A stretch of 64,000 nucleotides of DNA, taken from sequence record MK514281.1. One strand, written 5' to 3'. Below, in pieces: positions 1-8,925 of this stretch (within the stretch, counting starts at the first letter, position 1; each line of letters begins with the position of its first letter). The notes under the pieces are model-generated. The model had not been told where the DNA came from. It did no database searches and saw only the letters and a program-made list of their open reading frames with translations. The position numbers and the translations under genes were made by a program.

Positions 1-11
1 AGAACAAAGAT

Positions 12-1022
12 GTGTACAAAGTCTGCGCGGACATGGGTATCGAACGAGGCATAAACTCCTTGTACGATAACTTTGACGCTATCGTAACAAACCTACTTAA
101 CTCTCCGGTCGTGCGTGATCAGGTCACGTCACAAGAAGTGCTGCGTCAACGTTCTGATTTGTTTATTAAATACCGTGATCGTTTCTTCTGTGAACACTTA
201 CCGATGCCCTCCAAGCTGATGTTTGTGGTGGAATCCAATGCAACCGGTCGCTATGCTGCCCCTGAGATGAAACTGGCTCTGGATGCAGCGTTAACCGTCT
301 GTTCAGCAAAACGCCAACTGCATACGGTGCGGGATGTGCGCTTTAATGAAAGCATTGCGATTAAAGTGGTCCGTCAGATCTCGAAGTTCTATGCGACACA
401 TGACAGTGACAACTTTGCGGGTAAGTTAGGGTTACTGCGTAAGAACATTGCTGGGGCAAAACATCCGTGGACCGGTCGTTGTGTGATTACCTCGCACACG
501 GGCGACCATGACATGGATGAAGTGATCCTACCACGTTGTTTGGCGATCCCGATGTTGAAATACCACATCATCAACAAACTGCGTCGTCGGAACTACACCC
601 CAACACAATGCCTCAAACTGATCCAGGCGGGTATTAAGCAAACCATCCCAGTGATCGATGAGGTGTTAGATGAACTCCTCGCAGAAAGCCCTACAGCGTC
701 GATACGGGTATATGTGCAACGAAACCCAACCCTGCGTTGGTTATCGAACCGCCGGTTCCATTGCCGAACCATCAACCGTGATCCAAATGACATCAGTATC
801 CGTATCAGTACCTTATCTATCAAATCCTCGAATGCGGACTTTGATGGCGATGAACTGAACGTGATGTTACAACTGGATAACGTCTCAGCGAACTATGCGG
901 AAGCGTTCGGTTCACACAACTGTGTGCTGGACATGAACACCCCGCTGAAGATCTCTGGTGACGTGGGTCTGCCGGGTACGTTGATCTCGACCATGAACCG
1001 TTGGATGTACAGTAACGACTAA
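12..1022 (+). CDS. rpoC: Non-virion multisubunit RNA polymerase beta' subunit, catalytic N-half (phiKZ gp55-like); 5'-truncated by the window
   Basis: Catalytic NADFDGDELN motif, RNPTL and GRCVIT beta' motifs. The frame is open back to the window start. The non-virion assignment comes from synteny with the downstream gp68-gp75-like block. Confidence 0.9.
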   Translation: MYKVCADMGIERGINSLYDNFDAIVTNLLNSPVVRDQVTSQEVLRQRSDLFIKYRDRFFCEHLPMPSKLMFVVESNATGRYAAPEMKLALDAALTVCSAKRQLHTVRDVRFNESIAIKVVRQISKFYATHDSDNFAGKLGLLRKNIAGAKHPWTGRCVITSHTGDHDMDEVILPRCLAIPMLKYHIINKLRRRNYTPTQCLKLIQAGIKQTIPVIDEVLDELLAESPTASIRVYVQRNPTLRWLSNRRFHCRTINRDPNDISIRISTLSIKSSNADFDGDELNVMLQLDNVSANYAEAFGSHNCVLDMNTPLKISGDVGLPGTLISTMNRWMYSND

Positions 1023-1028
1023 ACTTAT

Positions 1029-1059
1029 GGCCAGGGGTAATTCCCTGGCCTTATTACCG
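1029..1059 (+). terminator. Intrinsic terminator hairpin
   Basis: GGCCAGGG-GTAATT-CCCTGGCC followed by TTATTACCG, just after the stop codon. Confidence 0.65.
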
Positions 1060-1073
1060 ACGGGATATTTTTT

Positions 1074-1721
1074 ATGGATAATTTGCTCGAAAGGGGACGG
1101 TTTCTTCTTGAGAATACAGCAGCAGCCATGACCCCATATCCTTACAACATCGTTTTCGTTACCACCCCAATGGATTGGGATGCGGTGGTCACTGCCATGC
1201 ATGCTAACGATCCTGCAGCAAACATCATTAAACATAAAGGACAGTTCACGACCCGGCGCGATTACCAATATGTCATTTATCGAGATGAACATTGGTATAT
1301 CGCTGGTGCGAATATGAGAAGCCTGCCTTACAACCATTACCATACCGGTGCGATGCTCGGCATTGCCATGGACCTGGGGCATGAAATCATTATCGATATC
1401 AGCAATCGCATCGGGAATGATGCGACTGCAGCTCCGGCGATAACGGCGATCATGCACGATTGGTTTATGGTCAACTGGCGCGAAGCTGTGTGCGTTACCC
1501 ATGAGAACTACCTGGCGTTTATTCCGGATGATGATTACTTGTACTTGAGTAACAACAAAAAAATACTCAGGCAAGTGATTCGCGCACAAGAACAACTGGG
1601 ATCGCCCTTGGCATTGACGTCGGCGTTACAGCGTGAGTGTCAGCGCCTGATGAACACCCAGGTGATGATCGAGCCCACTGGTTGGAACGCCACTACGTAC
1701 TACAGCGGAGGTGAGGTATGA
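1074..1721 (+). CDS. Paralog 1 of tandem zincin-like triplet; HExxH degenerate (MDLGH)
   Basis: Shares the IVFVT..DWDAV N-terminal motif and the RE..L.N......G...TTY C-terminus with the next two ORFs. Confidence 0.7.
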   Translation: MDNLLERGRFLLENTAAAMTPYPYNIVFVTTPMDWDAVVTAMHANDPAANIIKHKGQFTTRRDYQYVIYRDEHWYIAGANMRSLPYNHYHTGAMLGIAMDLGHEIIIDISNRIGNDATAAPAITAIMHDWFMVNWREAVCVTHENYLAFIPDDDYLYLSNNKKILRQVIRAQEQLGSPLALTSALQRECQRLMNTQVMIEPTGWNATTYYSGGEV

Positions 1722-2389
1722 CGTTTGCTGAAGCTGAACAGTATATTTACAGTCTCAGTCAAGACGGCGGGGTCTATAAACAAGAGTTCATCTTTGTGTT
1801 TGATCCCGAGTCGTGGGATAAGGTGAACCTGGCGTTGGATATCCTGGACAATAACCGTGGGATCTGGGTGAAGAACGTCGGAGAGTTCAAAACCGCTGGT
1901 ATGACGACCTACGGACCGGTGTCGGGAAGGCTTAAAGGGTATGTTGTTATTGCTGTCCATTTCATGGGCGAACGTAAACTGTTCAATCCAGGGTATCTGC
2001 AGCATGTGTTGAATACCGCGACCCATGAGTTGGTCCACGCTGCTCAGTTCGCTGTTCGGGCGCAGAGCTACCATGATCCATTGATTGCTGTAGAGCCATT
2101 GGCTTACCTGACCGGCTGGCTAATGGAGAAATGGATCTATGCGGTCTGGGAGAAGTTTAAAATCACGATTGCAACAACACCCACCGGCGAGATCTCATAC
2201 AACGTGTTGTTTGACATGCTGTATCGGTTTAATGACCGCCGGCTGGCAGATCGTCTGTGTGAGCTCACCATGACACAGATTCAGAGTGCTTTAGTTAGGG
2301 AGTCGATTAACAGTCTGAATAACGTGGCAGTGGTAAACGATATCGGCTGGTCCTCGACAACGTATCTGGATGGAGTTAACAAGAAATGA
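1718..2389 (+). CDS. Paralog 2 of triplet; putative zinc metallopeptidase-like protein
   Basis: THELVHA plus downstream EPLAYL; ATGA overlap with the upstream gene. Confidence 0.7.
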   Translation: MTFAEAEQYIYSLSQDGGVYKQEFIFVFDPESWDKVNLALDILDNNRGIWVKNVGEFKTAGMTTYGPVSGRLKGYVVIAVHFMGERKLFNPGYLQHVLNTATHELVHAAQFAVRAQSYHDPLIAVEPLAYLTGWLMEKWIYAVWEKFKITIATTPTGEISYNVLFDMLYRFNDRRLADRLCELTMTQIQSALVRESINSLNNVAVVNDIGWSSTTYLDGVNKK

Positions 2390-3012
2390 AGATGCCGGTC
2401 AGTCAGTATGTAGATAAGTTTCTATTAAGGCTGTTCCCTTATCCGCGGCAGTTTATCTTTGTCACCAGTGTTGCGGATTTTGATGCGGTGGTTACCGAAC
2501 TGGCACGTCGGCAGACTGCGGCTGGGATTAGCAATAAATGGCTGAGTCACAGAGGGCATTTCAAAGGGAATGGGATTTGTGCTTCGGGGAATCAGATCTG
2601 TGTATTAGGTGCGCTTTATGATACCGGCACACAGCTCAACCCAGCTAACATCGCCGGGACGATCGGTACCATGCAACATGAAATCCAACACATGTTACTA
2701 CATACCTGTGCGCAGATTGGTTATAACCCGATGCGCGAACACGAACCGTTTACGTATTTAACGAAGTGGGTGTTTGAGTTGTTCCTGGCGTTTATGCGTA
2801 ATTACCACGGCGTGATGATCACCGATGTGCAGCGGCAAGATACTGGTATGCTGAGTCGGTTGCAGAAGGGAGGGGCTTTTGAGTTACTGCACGCCCTGCC
2901 CGTTGAAAATGTTCGAGATTCATTAGCAAGAGAATCTCGTGCATTATTAAACAACGCGGTGGTCGTCAGTCCTATTGGCGCATCCCGTTCCACAACCTAT
3001 TTCGAATTATAA
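2386..3012 (+). CDS. Paralog 3 of triplet; putative zinc metallopeptidase-like protein
   Basis: QHEIQHM plus downstream EPFTYL; ATGA overlap with the upstream gene. Confidence 0.7.
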   Translation: MKMPVSQYVDKFLLRLFPYPRQFIFVTSVADFDAVVTELARRQTAAGISNKWLSHRGHFKGNGICASGNQICVLGALYDTGTQLNPANIAGTIGTMQHEIQHMLLHTCAQIGYNPMREHEPFTYLTKWVFELFLAFMRNYHGVMITDVQRQDTGMLSRLQKGGAFELLHALPVENVRDSLARESRALLNNAVVVSPIGASRSTTYFEL

Positions 3013-3019
3013 TTAACCC

Positions 3020-3045
3020 GGCCAGGGAAACCTGGCCTGTATGTC
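3020..3045 (+). terminator. Hairpin with TGTATGTC tail
   Basis: GGCCAGG-GAAA-CCTGGCC after the triplet. Confidence 0.55.
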
Positions 3046-3061
3046 AAAAAAGGAAAGTAAC

Positions 3062-3763
3062 ATGGGTATGTATACCGGCGTCTCATTTCGTTTGAAGGTC
3101 AGAAAAAATGCACCCTTGCCGGTGTTAGAGTTCATGGATAAGTTCTTCATGGAAGGTGAAACACTGCAAGCAGTGAAAGACCTACAGAAAGAAACGGGTA
3201 TCCAGTTCCAGTCCACAGCCATTGCATTACCGGGTGATCAGTTTCATTACAGTGAAATTGCCGATATGGTCATGATGGTTCGCGGGCACTCTTCCAGTTT
3301 TGAAAGCTGGTACTGGCGTGTTAAAGAAGATAAGGGCGATTACTGGTTGTATGAAACCCGCGCCAATACCAAACGCCCTCACCATGACCTGGCCGCCAAC
3401 CTTATCCAGGCATTATTACCATGTCTGGTTATCGAAGAAGGTGAGGTGGTGTTGCGCTCCATTTATGAAGACAGCGCCCAAGAACGCGTTCTGGCATTGG
3501 TAAATGGCAAGATTATTGAGGAACGTGGTTATGAGTACGAGGATGAATACAATAGCCCGTGGAATGAAAAGGCGCCAATAGATTATGTCAAGGGTGATTT
3601 TGGTGCAATTGCACATATTCGCATCACCGAGGAAGAAGAGTTCACGCCACCTTGGACTTTACAGGAACTGCGGGCCGGTGAAGAAAAAGCACGGTTAGAG
3701 AAAGAAGCCGAGCACGAACGGATACGGGCAGAGGGCGGTGGTTTCGGTTTCGGTGGTTGGTAG
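3062..3763 (+). CDS. Hypothetical phage protein
   Basis: Long ORF; AAGGA SD before ATG 3062 (MGMYTG...). Confidence 0.7.
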   Translation: MGMYTGVSFRLKVRKNAPLPVLEFMDKFFMEGETLQAVKDLQKETGIQFQSTAIALPGDQFHYSEIADMVMMVRGHSSSFESWYWRVKEDKGDYWLYETRANTKRPHHDLAANLIQALLPCLVIEEGEVVLRSIYEDSAQERVLALVNGKIIEERGYEYEDEYNSPWNEKAPIDYVKGDFGAIAHIRITEEEEFTPPWTLQELRAGEEKARLEKEAEHERIRAEGGGFGFGGW

Positions 3764-3828
3764 TTTTAATTAATTTAACCTGACGTACAGCACAGCAAAC
3801 AATAATCCAATTTAAATAAGGGTAGTTT

Positions 3829-4530
3829 ATGAACGGTATGAAGATGATGATTGGTTCCCTGCCACTGAGCAGCATGATGGGTGGTAGTCGTTCAGACGCG
3901 GGGACTTTCAATCCTGCACCGCACGCTGCCCCTTTCCGCGCAGTTGGTGAGTACATCGCGGATGCGGCATTTGAGGATCGTGGGGTGTTGGTTTCTGCAG
4001 ACGGGATCGTTGCTACTGTGCGCGCCAAAAAGATGACTTTCCAGGAAGCCGCAGATGCCCGCGGTGCAGCCACCGGACTGTATGCCATTATGTTCCCAGT
4101 CGCTAACGGGGCGAAAGACGATACTGTCGTGATCACCACTACCAGTCAGGCTGTGTTGTTTAACTTACTGGCAGTTGAAGATCTCCCTGATGAACTGTTT
4201 GTGCAGTTTGGTCTGGCAGCGACTGCCGCGACGGTGAAAGCCATGACCAATGACAACAACGACCATATCCGGGTACTGGCCAATGCCGGCGGTATCGCCC
4301 CAAGCAATACCTCACCGTCCCATTTGATTGTGGATAAGCAGCGCAATCTGATCATTGGTCATATTGTAAAAGAAGGTGATGATCAAGCAGACTTCAGTAT
4401 CTTCGCCGCCTCACGTAAATCCAAATCATCACAGGACTACATTATCAACGTGAGTACCGATGATAGTGATATCATCAAGCATATCGTCCAGGCTACAGTG
4501 GAAGAGATTGCACTGGGAGACGCGGTCTAG
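3829..4530 (+). CDS. Hypothetical protein
   Basis: 233-aa ORF, AAGGG SD, genome-typical codon usage. Confidence 0.7.
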   Translation: MNGMKMMIGSLPLSSMMGGSRSDAGTFNPAPHAAPFRAVGEYIADAAFEDRGVLVSADGIVATVRAKKMTFQEAADARGAATGLYAIMFPVANGAKDDTVVITTTSQAVLFNLLAVEDLPDELFVQFGLAATAATVKAMTNDNNDHIRVLANAGGIAPSNTSPSHLIVDKQRNLIIGHIVKEGDDQADFSIFAASRKSKSSQDYIINVSTDDSDIIKHIVQATVEEIALGDAV

Positions 4531-4598
4531 TCTGTAATTGCAGACAAAACCGGCGGATGATATAGCACCAGAAATTAACCGGAAGTAGGAGTAAAAGA

Positions 4599-5246
4599 AT
4601 GTCAGTCATGACAGGTGGTTTTGGCGCAATCAATGCGCTAATGTCCAACGGCCGCCCGACTCAGGGTGCCATGGAGTATTTTAACAATCAGTATCAGGGC
4701 ATGCTGCAAGCAGCGCAGCAGGTGGGTAGTGTAGCGATGCAGCAGATCTATCAGATCGCAACACACACCTATGAAAACCTGATGCAGACCCGTCCGTGGG
4801 AACTGGCAGAAGCAGCGTTGCGTCAAACAGTGCACATGTTTGACCCGAACACGGTTCGTCAGCTTCTCAACCTGGCTGATATGCAAACCGCCAAACCGAT
4901 CATGCAGCGGTGGGTGATGGCGCAACCGGATATCCGTCAGATGTATCATCAGCAGCGTATCGATGGTTACAGCGAAACGTATGAAGATGCCCAGCCAGGG
5001 ATGGTAGGTGTAGACCATTATGATTATCGTCGTGCAGCAAACGGCATGTTGCAGTTTGCACACACTGAAGAGGTGCCGATGGCGTCTTGGCAGGCGACGA
5101 CCTATTATGAGCGTCTGGTAGAAGGTGATAACGAACTGTCGTTCCATGAGAAGCGTGACATCCATGTAACCTGGGATGCGTGTCTGAATCTGATGAACAC
5201 ACAGGCGTATGATCCGACCTCCATCTTCAACATGAAGCTGGCGTAA
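4599..5246 (+). CDS. Probable conserved chimallivirus protein (phiKZ gp59-region position)
   Basis: AGGAG SD; lies between nvRNAP beta' and the SbcD-like gene. Identity not confirmed. Confidence 0.6.
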   Translation: MSVMTGGFGAINALMSNGRPTQGAMEYFNNQYQGMLQAAQQVGSVAMQQIYQIATHTYENLMQTRPWELAEAALRQTVHMFDPNTVRQLLNLADMQTAKPIMQRWVMAQPDIRQMYHQQRIDGYSETYEDAQPGMVGVDHYDYRRAANGMLQFAHTEEVPMASWQATTYYERLVEGDNELSFHEKRDIHVTWDACLNLMNTQAYDPTSIFNMKLA

Positions 5247-5254
5247 GTTAATCG

Positions 5255-5282
5255 GAGGAGGGGTAGCCCTCCTCTTATGCCG
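5255..5282 (+). terminator. Hairpin + TTATGCCG
   Basis: GAGGAGGG-GTAG-CCCTCCTC-TTATGCCG. Confidence 0.7.
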
Positions 5283-5294
5283 TTTGAGGGTAGC

Positions 5295-5519
5295 ATGGCA
5301 AAAAAGGAACTCACGATGAAGCGACTTCAGATAGACATCTCTGAACAGGGCTTTAGCAAACTCAATGCACTCAAGGTGAAAATGGAAACCACTGCCATGG
5401 GTAGCGTTGTCAGCCGCGCCTTATCGATTACCGATCGTTTGTTCACCGCCAAGGAGAAAGGCAGTAAGATCCTGATTGTGGATAAAGACGGCAACGTCAC
5501 CGAAATCGAATTACTGTAG
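5295..5519 (+). CDS. Ribbon-helix-helix (CopG-like) DNA-binding protein
   Basis: Alternating beta ribbon MKRLQIDIS, then helices KLNALK and VVSRAL; GAGGG SD. Confidence 0.6.
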   Translation: MAKKELTMKRLQIDISEQGFSKLNALKVKMETTAMGSVVSRALSITDRLFTAKEKGSKILIVDKDGNVTEIELL

Positions 5520-5527
5520 AGGTTAAC

Positions 5528-5755
5528 ATGGCTTGGTCCAAACGCCGTGCAAAGAAACGCATCATTCACTTACGTGGTTTTCATTATCGTGTTCAATCAC
5601 GTAGTATCGCAATCTGGGAACAGTATCGCGAATATCATCAAAATCGACCATTTGGATCTGGCGTTGGTTTATTGATGTTACTTGACCCTGAAACTGGTTG
5701 TCCAATAGGAGCTCATCGTGGCCTTAAGCAAAACAAAAATAAAGCGTCGTACTAA
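5528..5755 (+). CDS. Small basic hypothetical protein
   Basis: GAGG SD; 75 aa. Confidence 0.55.
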   Translation: MAWSKRRAKKRIIHLRGFHYRVQSRSIAIWEQYREYHQNRPFGSGVGLLMLLDPETGCPIGAHRGLKQNKNKASY

Positions 5756-6002
5756 TGCGCTGTATAACTACAAAACGCTGGTTGAACGCATTAGCTATAA
5801 ATGCATGATAGCCCACATCGATGCTCAGGGTATCAAGCTTGAATTGAACCGCACGGGTTCGTCAATTAAAAGTGAAGACATTCCTGCTGCAAAAGAAGCC
5901 CGTCTTGCATTGAAACGCGAAATCGTCCGTCTGCGGAATATCCAGGGGCGTCGTCGTATCGTGAATGCCGGTAAGATCAAAGCGGCAATCAGCCAGTATT
6001 AA
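5718..6002 (+). CDS. Small basic hypothetical protein
   Basis: AGGAG SD before GTG; followed by a terminator. Confidence 0.6.
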   Translation: MALSKTKIKRRTNALYNYKTLVERISYKCMIAHIDAQGIKLELNRTGSSIKSEDIPAAKEARLALKREIVRLRNIQGRRRIVNAGKIKAAISQY

Positions 6003-6005
6003 TAG

Positions 6006-6034
6006 AAGGGACTTCGGTCCCTTTATTTTTTTTT
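6006..6034 (+). terminator. Rho-independent terminator
   Basis: AAGGGAC-TTCG-GTCCCTT followed by TAT9. Confidence 0.85.
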
Positions 6035-6062
6035 GTCTTGAATAATGAAATTTTTACGCTGT

Positions 6063-6096
6063 AGAAAATCTTAGACCTATATAACGGCACTGATAG
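6063..6096 (+). promoter_or_regulatory. Putative early (virion-RNAP) promoter, 34-bp motif copy 1
   Basis: AGAAAATCTTAGACCTATATAACGGCACTGATAG; near-identical copies at 6669 and 29888, each intergenic and upstream of a gene. Confidence 0.7.
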
Positions 6097-6125
6097 AGTA
6101 ATCTAAATTAACTTACGAGGTTATC

Positions 6126-6656
6126 ATGAAAAACACTACTTTTCTAATTGAGACCCTGAAACGTATCTTGGAAGAGCTGGACCAGGCAACGTTATCAACT
6201 GAAGAAAAAATTGAATTAACCACCATGGTTGAGAAAGAACATTTTGCTAAGCTGTTCGGTGTCCGCGCAGAAGAAACCACTCAGTTAAGTGAGCGCGATT
6301 TCTCTAAACTGACCGGTTATCAGTACAACAGTGTTTACGCGGGGTTAGATTTGGTTGGTAATTTTGACTGGGTGATCACGGCGGATGGCGCAGTCGTAAC
6401 AAGAGAAATGCCTCATCACGGCAGTAACCATTGGCTGCCACCGCGCAGGCAATTTATATTCAGACTGATCGATGAAGGTCGTGAAATATTTAATGAAGGC
6501 ACTAGACTGCTTGTTATCAGAATTGAGAACACCATCACCAAAGAGGTCTTTTCAATTAACTTTGAAGTTGCTGATATTCAAATCGGCAGTGCGGTTGTTA
6601 AAATGGTTGAGCGTTATCTGTTCGATTATTACAGGGTCAGCGTCAAGAAACTGTAA
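6126..6656 (+). CDS. Hypothetical early protein
   Basis: GAGG SD; downstream of the promoter motif. Confidence 0.75.
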   Translation: MKNTTFLIETLKRILEELDQATLSTEEKIELTTMVEKEHFAKLFGVRAEETTQLSERDFSKLTGYQYNSVYAGLDLVGNFDWVITADGAVVTREMPHHGSNHWLPPRRQFIFRLIDEGREIFNEGTRLLVIRIENTITKEVFSINFEVADIQIGSAVVKMVERYLFDYYRVSVKKL

Positions 6657-6668
6657 AATATGAGTTGC

Positions 6669-6702
6669 AGAAAATCTCAGACCTATATGACTGGGGTGAT
6701 AA
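6669..6702 (+). promoter_or_regulatory. Putative early promoter, copy 2
   Basis: AGAAAATCTCAGACCTATATGACTGGGGTGATAA. Confidence 0.7.
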
Positions 6703-6759
6703 AGAGTAGTGAATACTCTTAACCCCTAACCCAATTAACCTTAAGTATGGAGTAGTATC

Positions 6760-7050
6760 ATGACTGTAACTTTCTCTCAGCAAATGCAGGTTGTCGAATC
6801 TATCGCTGTGATGCAGGAAAAAGCAATGGAACTGCAAGTTGCTACCAAAGCGTGTTACGACGAAGTCACCCGTCTGGCCAACCGACTGGCTGACATCAAC
6901 GACCCACTCGGCTTTCAGAAAGCCTATGAAGAATATCGTGCCAAGCTGGCTGAAGCGGATGTATTAGCCGATGCTACTCGCCTGGCTTACAATATGTCAG
7001 ACGCTGCACTGAAAACCATCCTGGGTGAAGCTAACCCAACCTTTCATTAA
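6760..7050 (+). CDS. Hypothetical early helical/coiled-coil protein
   Basis: GGAG SD; 96 aa. Confidence 0.75.
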   Translation: MTVTFSQQMQVVESIAVMQEKAMELQVATKACYDEVTRLANRLADINDPLGFQKAYEEYRAKLAEADVLADATRLAYNMSDAALKTILGEANPTFH

Positions 7051-7089
7051 TAGTTAATTACTCATCGTCATTACGCCTCGGAGAAACTC

Positions 7090-7299
7090 ATGAGCGATTT
7101 TATTAGCAACCTGTTCGAAATCGCTATTGCAGTTTCTTCTGTAGTGGCGATGGTTAAATTGATTAAATCTGATAATGCCTATATTGCAGAAACAGTTCGT
7201 ATCATCGATGCCTGCGCTTCTTTACAGGAAGGGCAAGTAATTCAGGGCGAAGTGGTTAACACCAACACCCACACAACCAACTTATACATCACCCATTAA
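7090..7299 (+). CDS. Small protein with N-terminal hydrophobic segment
   Basis: GGAG SD; LFEIAIAVSSVVAMV. Confidence 0.6.
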   Translation: MSDFISNLFEIAIAVSSVVAMVKLIKSDNAYIAETVRIIDACASLQEGQVIQGEVVNTNTHTTNLYITH

Positions 7300-7321
7300 T
7301 CTACTTGTAAGGAATACACCT

Positions 7322-7783
7322 ATGTCAAACTCTATGTTCATCTGCCTGTCACTGTTAGCGGTTATCTCTGTCTCTGGTGGTATCGCCTTTGCCAAGAGCC
7401 TGTCACCGACCCATGCCATGATGACCGCCTTTGCTTACTTACGTGAGCAACTCGGTGATGACGCAGCACAGTACGAATACGATAAACGCTCACACCTTCT
7501 TTGCATGACAAACCTGGTGGAAACTAACTATGCCCTGGTCTGCGGTAAGCACTTTGAACGCGCAGAACAAAAACGTGCATGGTTAGTTAAGGAAGCAGAA
7601 GAGATCCAGCTCACCCCGCGTCAACAACTGATGCTGCTGGACTCCTTACTGAACCTGAACACCCGTCCTGAACAAGCAAAGAAAATTGTTAAAGTACGTT
7701 CAACCAAAGAGATCGTTGACTTGGCTGCGCAGTATGCGAGCGACAACCGTCGTATCGAAGCTCCGCTGGCCTTGTTCCGCTAA
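7322..7783 (+). CDS. Hypothetical protein with signal peptide/TM anchor
   Basis: AAGGA SD; MFICLSLLAVISVSGGIAFA. Confidence 0.7.
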   Translation: MSNSMFICLSLLAVISVSGGIAFAKSLSPTHAMMTAFAYLREQLGDDAAQYEYDKRSHLLCMTNLVETNYALVCGKHFERAEQKRAWLVKEAEEIQLTPRQQLMLLDSLLNLNTRPEQAKKIVKVRSTKEIVDLAAQYASDNRRIEAPLALFR

Positions 7784-7817
7784 TGTAAGCTGTAGTGTAT
7801 TGGTCACCTCATGACCG

Positions 7818-7851
7818 GAGCTCACCCTAACCGGTGGGCTCTTTTTTTTTT
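7818..7851 (+). terminator. Rho-independent terminator
   Basis: GAGCTCACC-CTAACC-GGTGGGCTC followed by T10. Confidence 0.85.
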
Positions 7852-7908
7852 GTCTTCTTTTTTTTTGTTCGGGGATTATATGTAGTCCATATTAGCTAAG
7901 AGGACATT

Positions 7909-8313
7909 ATGGCAGAGCGTGTAGTTCCAACCATGTCCGTAACCGGGTACGTAACCGGCGTGACTGAAACCATTGACCGGATGTTTGCCTACTGGCTTAC
8001 CGCACAATACTCTCAAACGTATCTTGCGCGCGGTAACATCCACTCCCTTCAATATTTGATCCAGCAGTATGACGGTAACCCAGAGCGTCTGTGCGATGCG
8101 GTGGTGAAAGACCTCAAGAACTATTTTACGGGTCCGTTTGATGCCGCCACGGTTACCTGTAATCCACGCTATGCAACCAGTGAGCGTGATGAGAAGTTCT
8201 ATATGCTGGAGATCGATATCAAAGTCTCCAATGGTGATATCGGTTATGATGTTGGTCGCCGTCTGCTAGAGATTGAAGACGGTATCTTTAAACGCATTGT
8301 AGGTACTCTGTAA
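7909..8313 (+). CDS. Probable conserved chimallivirus protein
   Basis: GAGG SD; first gene of the core block before the SbcD-like gene. Confidence 0.7.
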   Translation: MAERVVPTMSVTGYVTGVTETIDRMFAYWLTAQYSQTYLARGNIHSLQYLIQQYDGNPERLCDAVVKDLKNYFTGPFDAATVTCNPRYATSERDEKFYMLEIDIKVSNGDIGYDVGRRLLEIEDGIFKRIVGTL

Positions 8314-8915
8314 TGGCACAAACCGAACACGATAAAATGATGCACCAGCGGGCAGGGTCGATTGAGCGTCGACTGGCACAGGCCGCCCAGCATGAACGTA
8401 ATCCCCAAATCCAGGAAGCGGAGTTCACCCGGGTATTCCTGCCGATGTTTGTTGGTGGGGGTGAATACATTAATCAGGATGCCTGGGTGGCAGTTGCCGG
8501 CTCTGTTAATAATGAAGTCGATGTCTTCCGCGGGCAAGAGTATCTTTATACCCTGCCAGCCTTAGCCATCCCGATTCGCTCTGAGATCTCCAGTCGTAGC
8601 CAGAATGGTCGCATGGGTGATAACTGGATGGGCACAGGCTTAAACGCCGCAGACGATCCAGGCTCAATTGAGAGCGTGATGTCGATTGATGCCAAGGGTA
8701 AGCAGGTTGCGTTAGCCAGTACTGCTGAGGAGCACATGGCACGCTGGGATGAGGTGTTCAAACGTTACGGGCTGGACTACCGCGTAATCCGTGCTGACCT
8801 CCATGAACGTAAAACAGGTCAGAAAGTTAATCCCAACATTATCGATCAATCAGATAAGGCATTAGCGACTAAACAGGTTGAGCTCGATGACAACGGTGAT
8901 TACGAAGACTACTAA
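8313..8915 (+). CDS. Probable conserved chimallivirus protein, acidic C-terminus
   Basis: TAATG-coupled to the upstream gene; 200 aa. Confidence 0.7.
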   Translation: MAQTEHDKMMHQRAGSIERRLAQAAQHERNPQIQEAEFTRVFLPMFVGGGEYINQDAWVAVAGSVNNEVDVFRGQEYLYTLPALAIPIRSEISSRSQNGRMGDNWMGTGLNAADDPGSIESVMSIDAKGKQVALASTAEEHMARWDEVFKRYGLDYRVIRADLHERKTGQKVNPNIIDQSDKALATKQVELDDNGDYEDY

Positions 8916-8925
8916 AAAACCTGGC

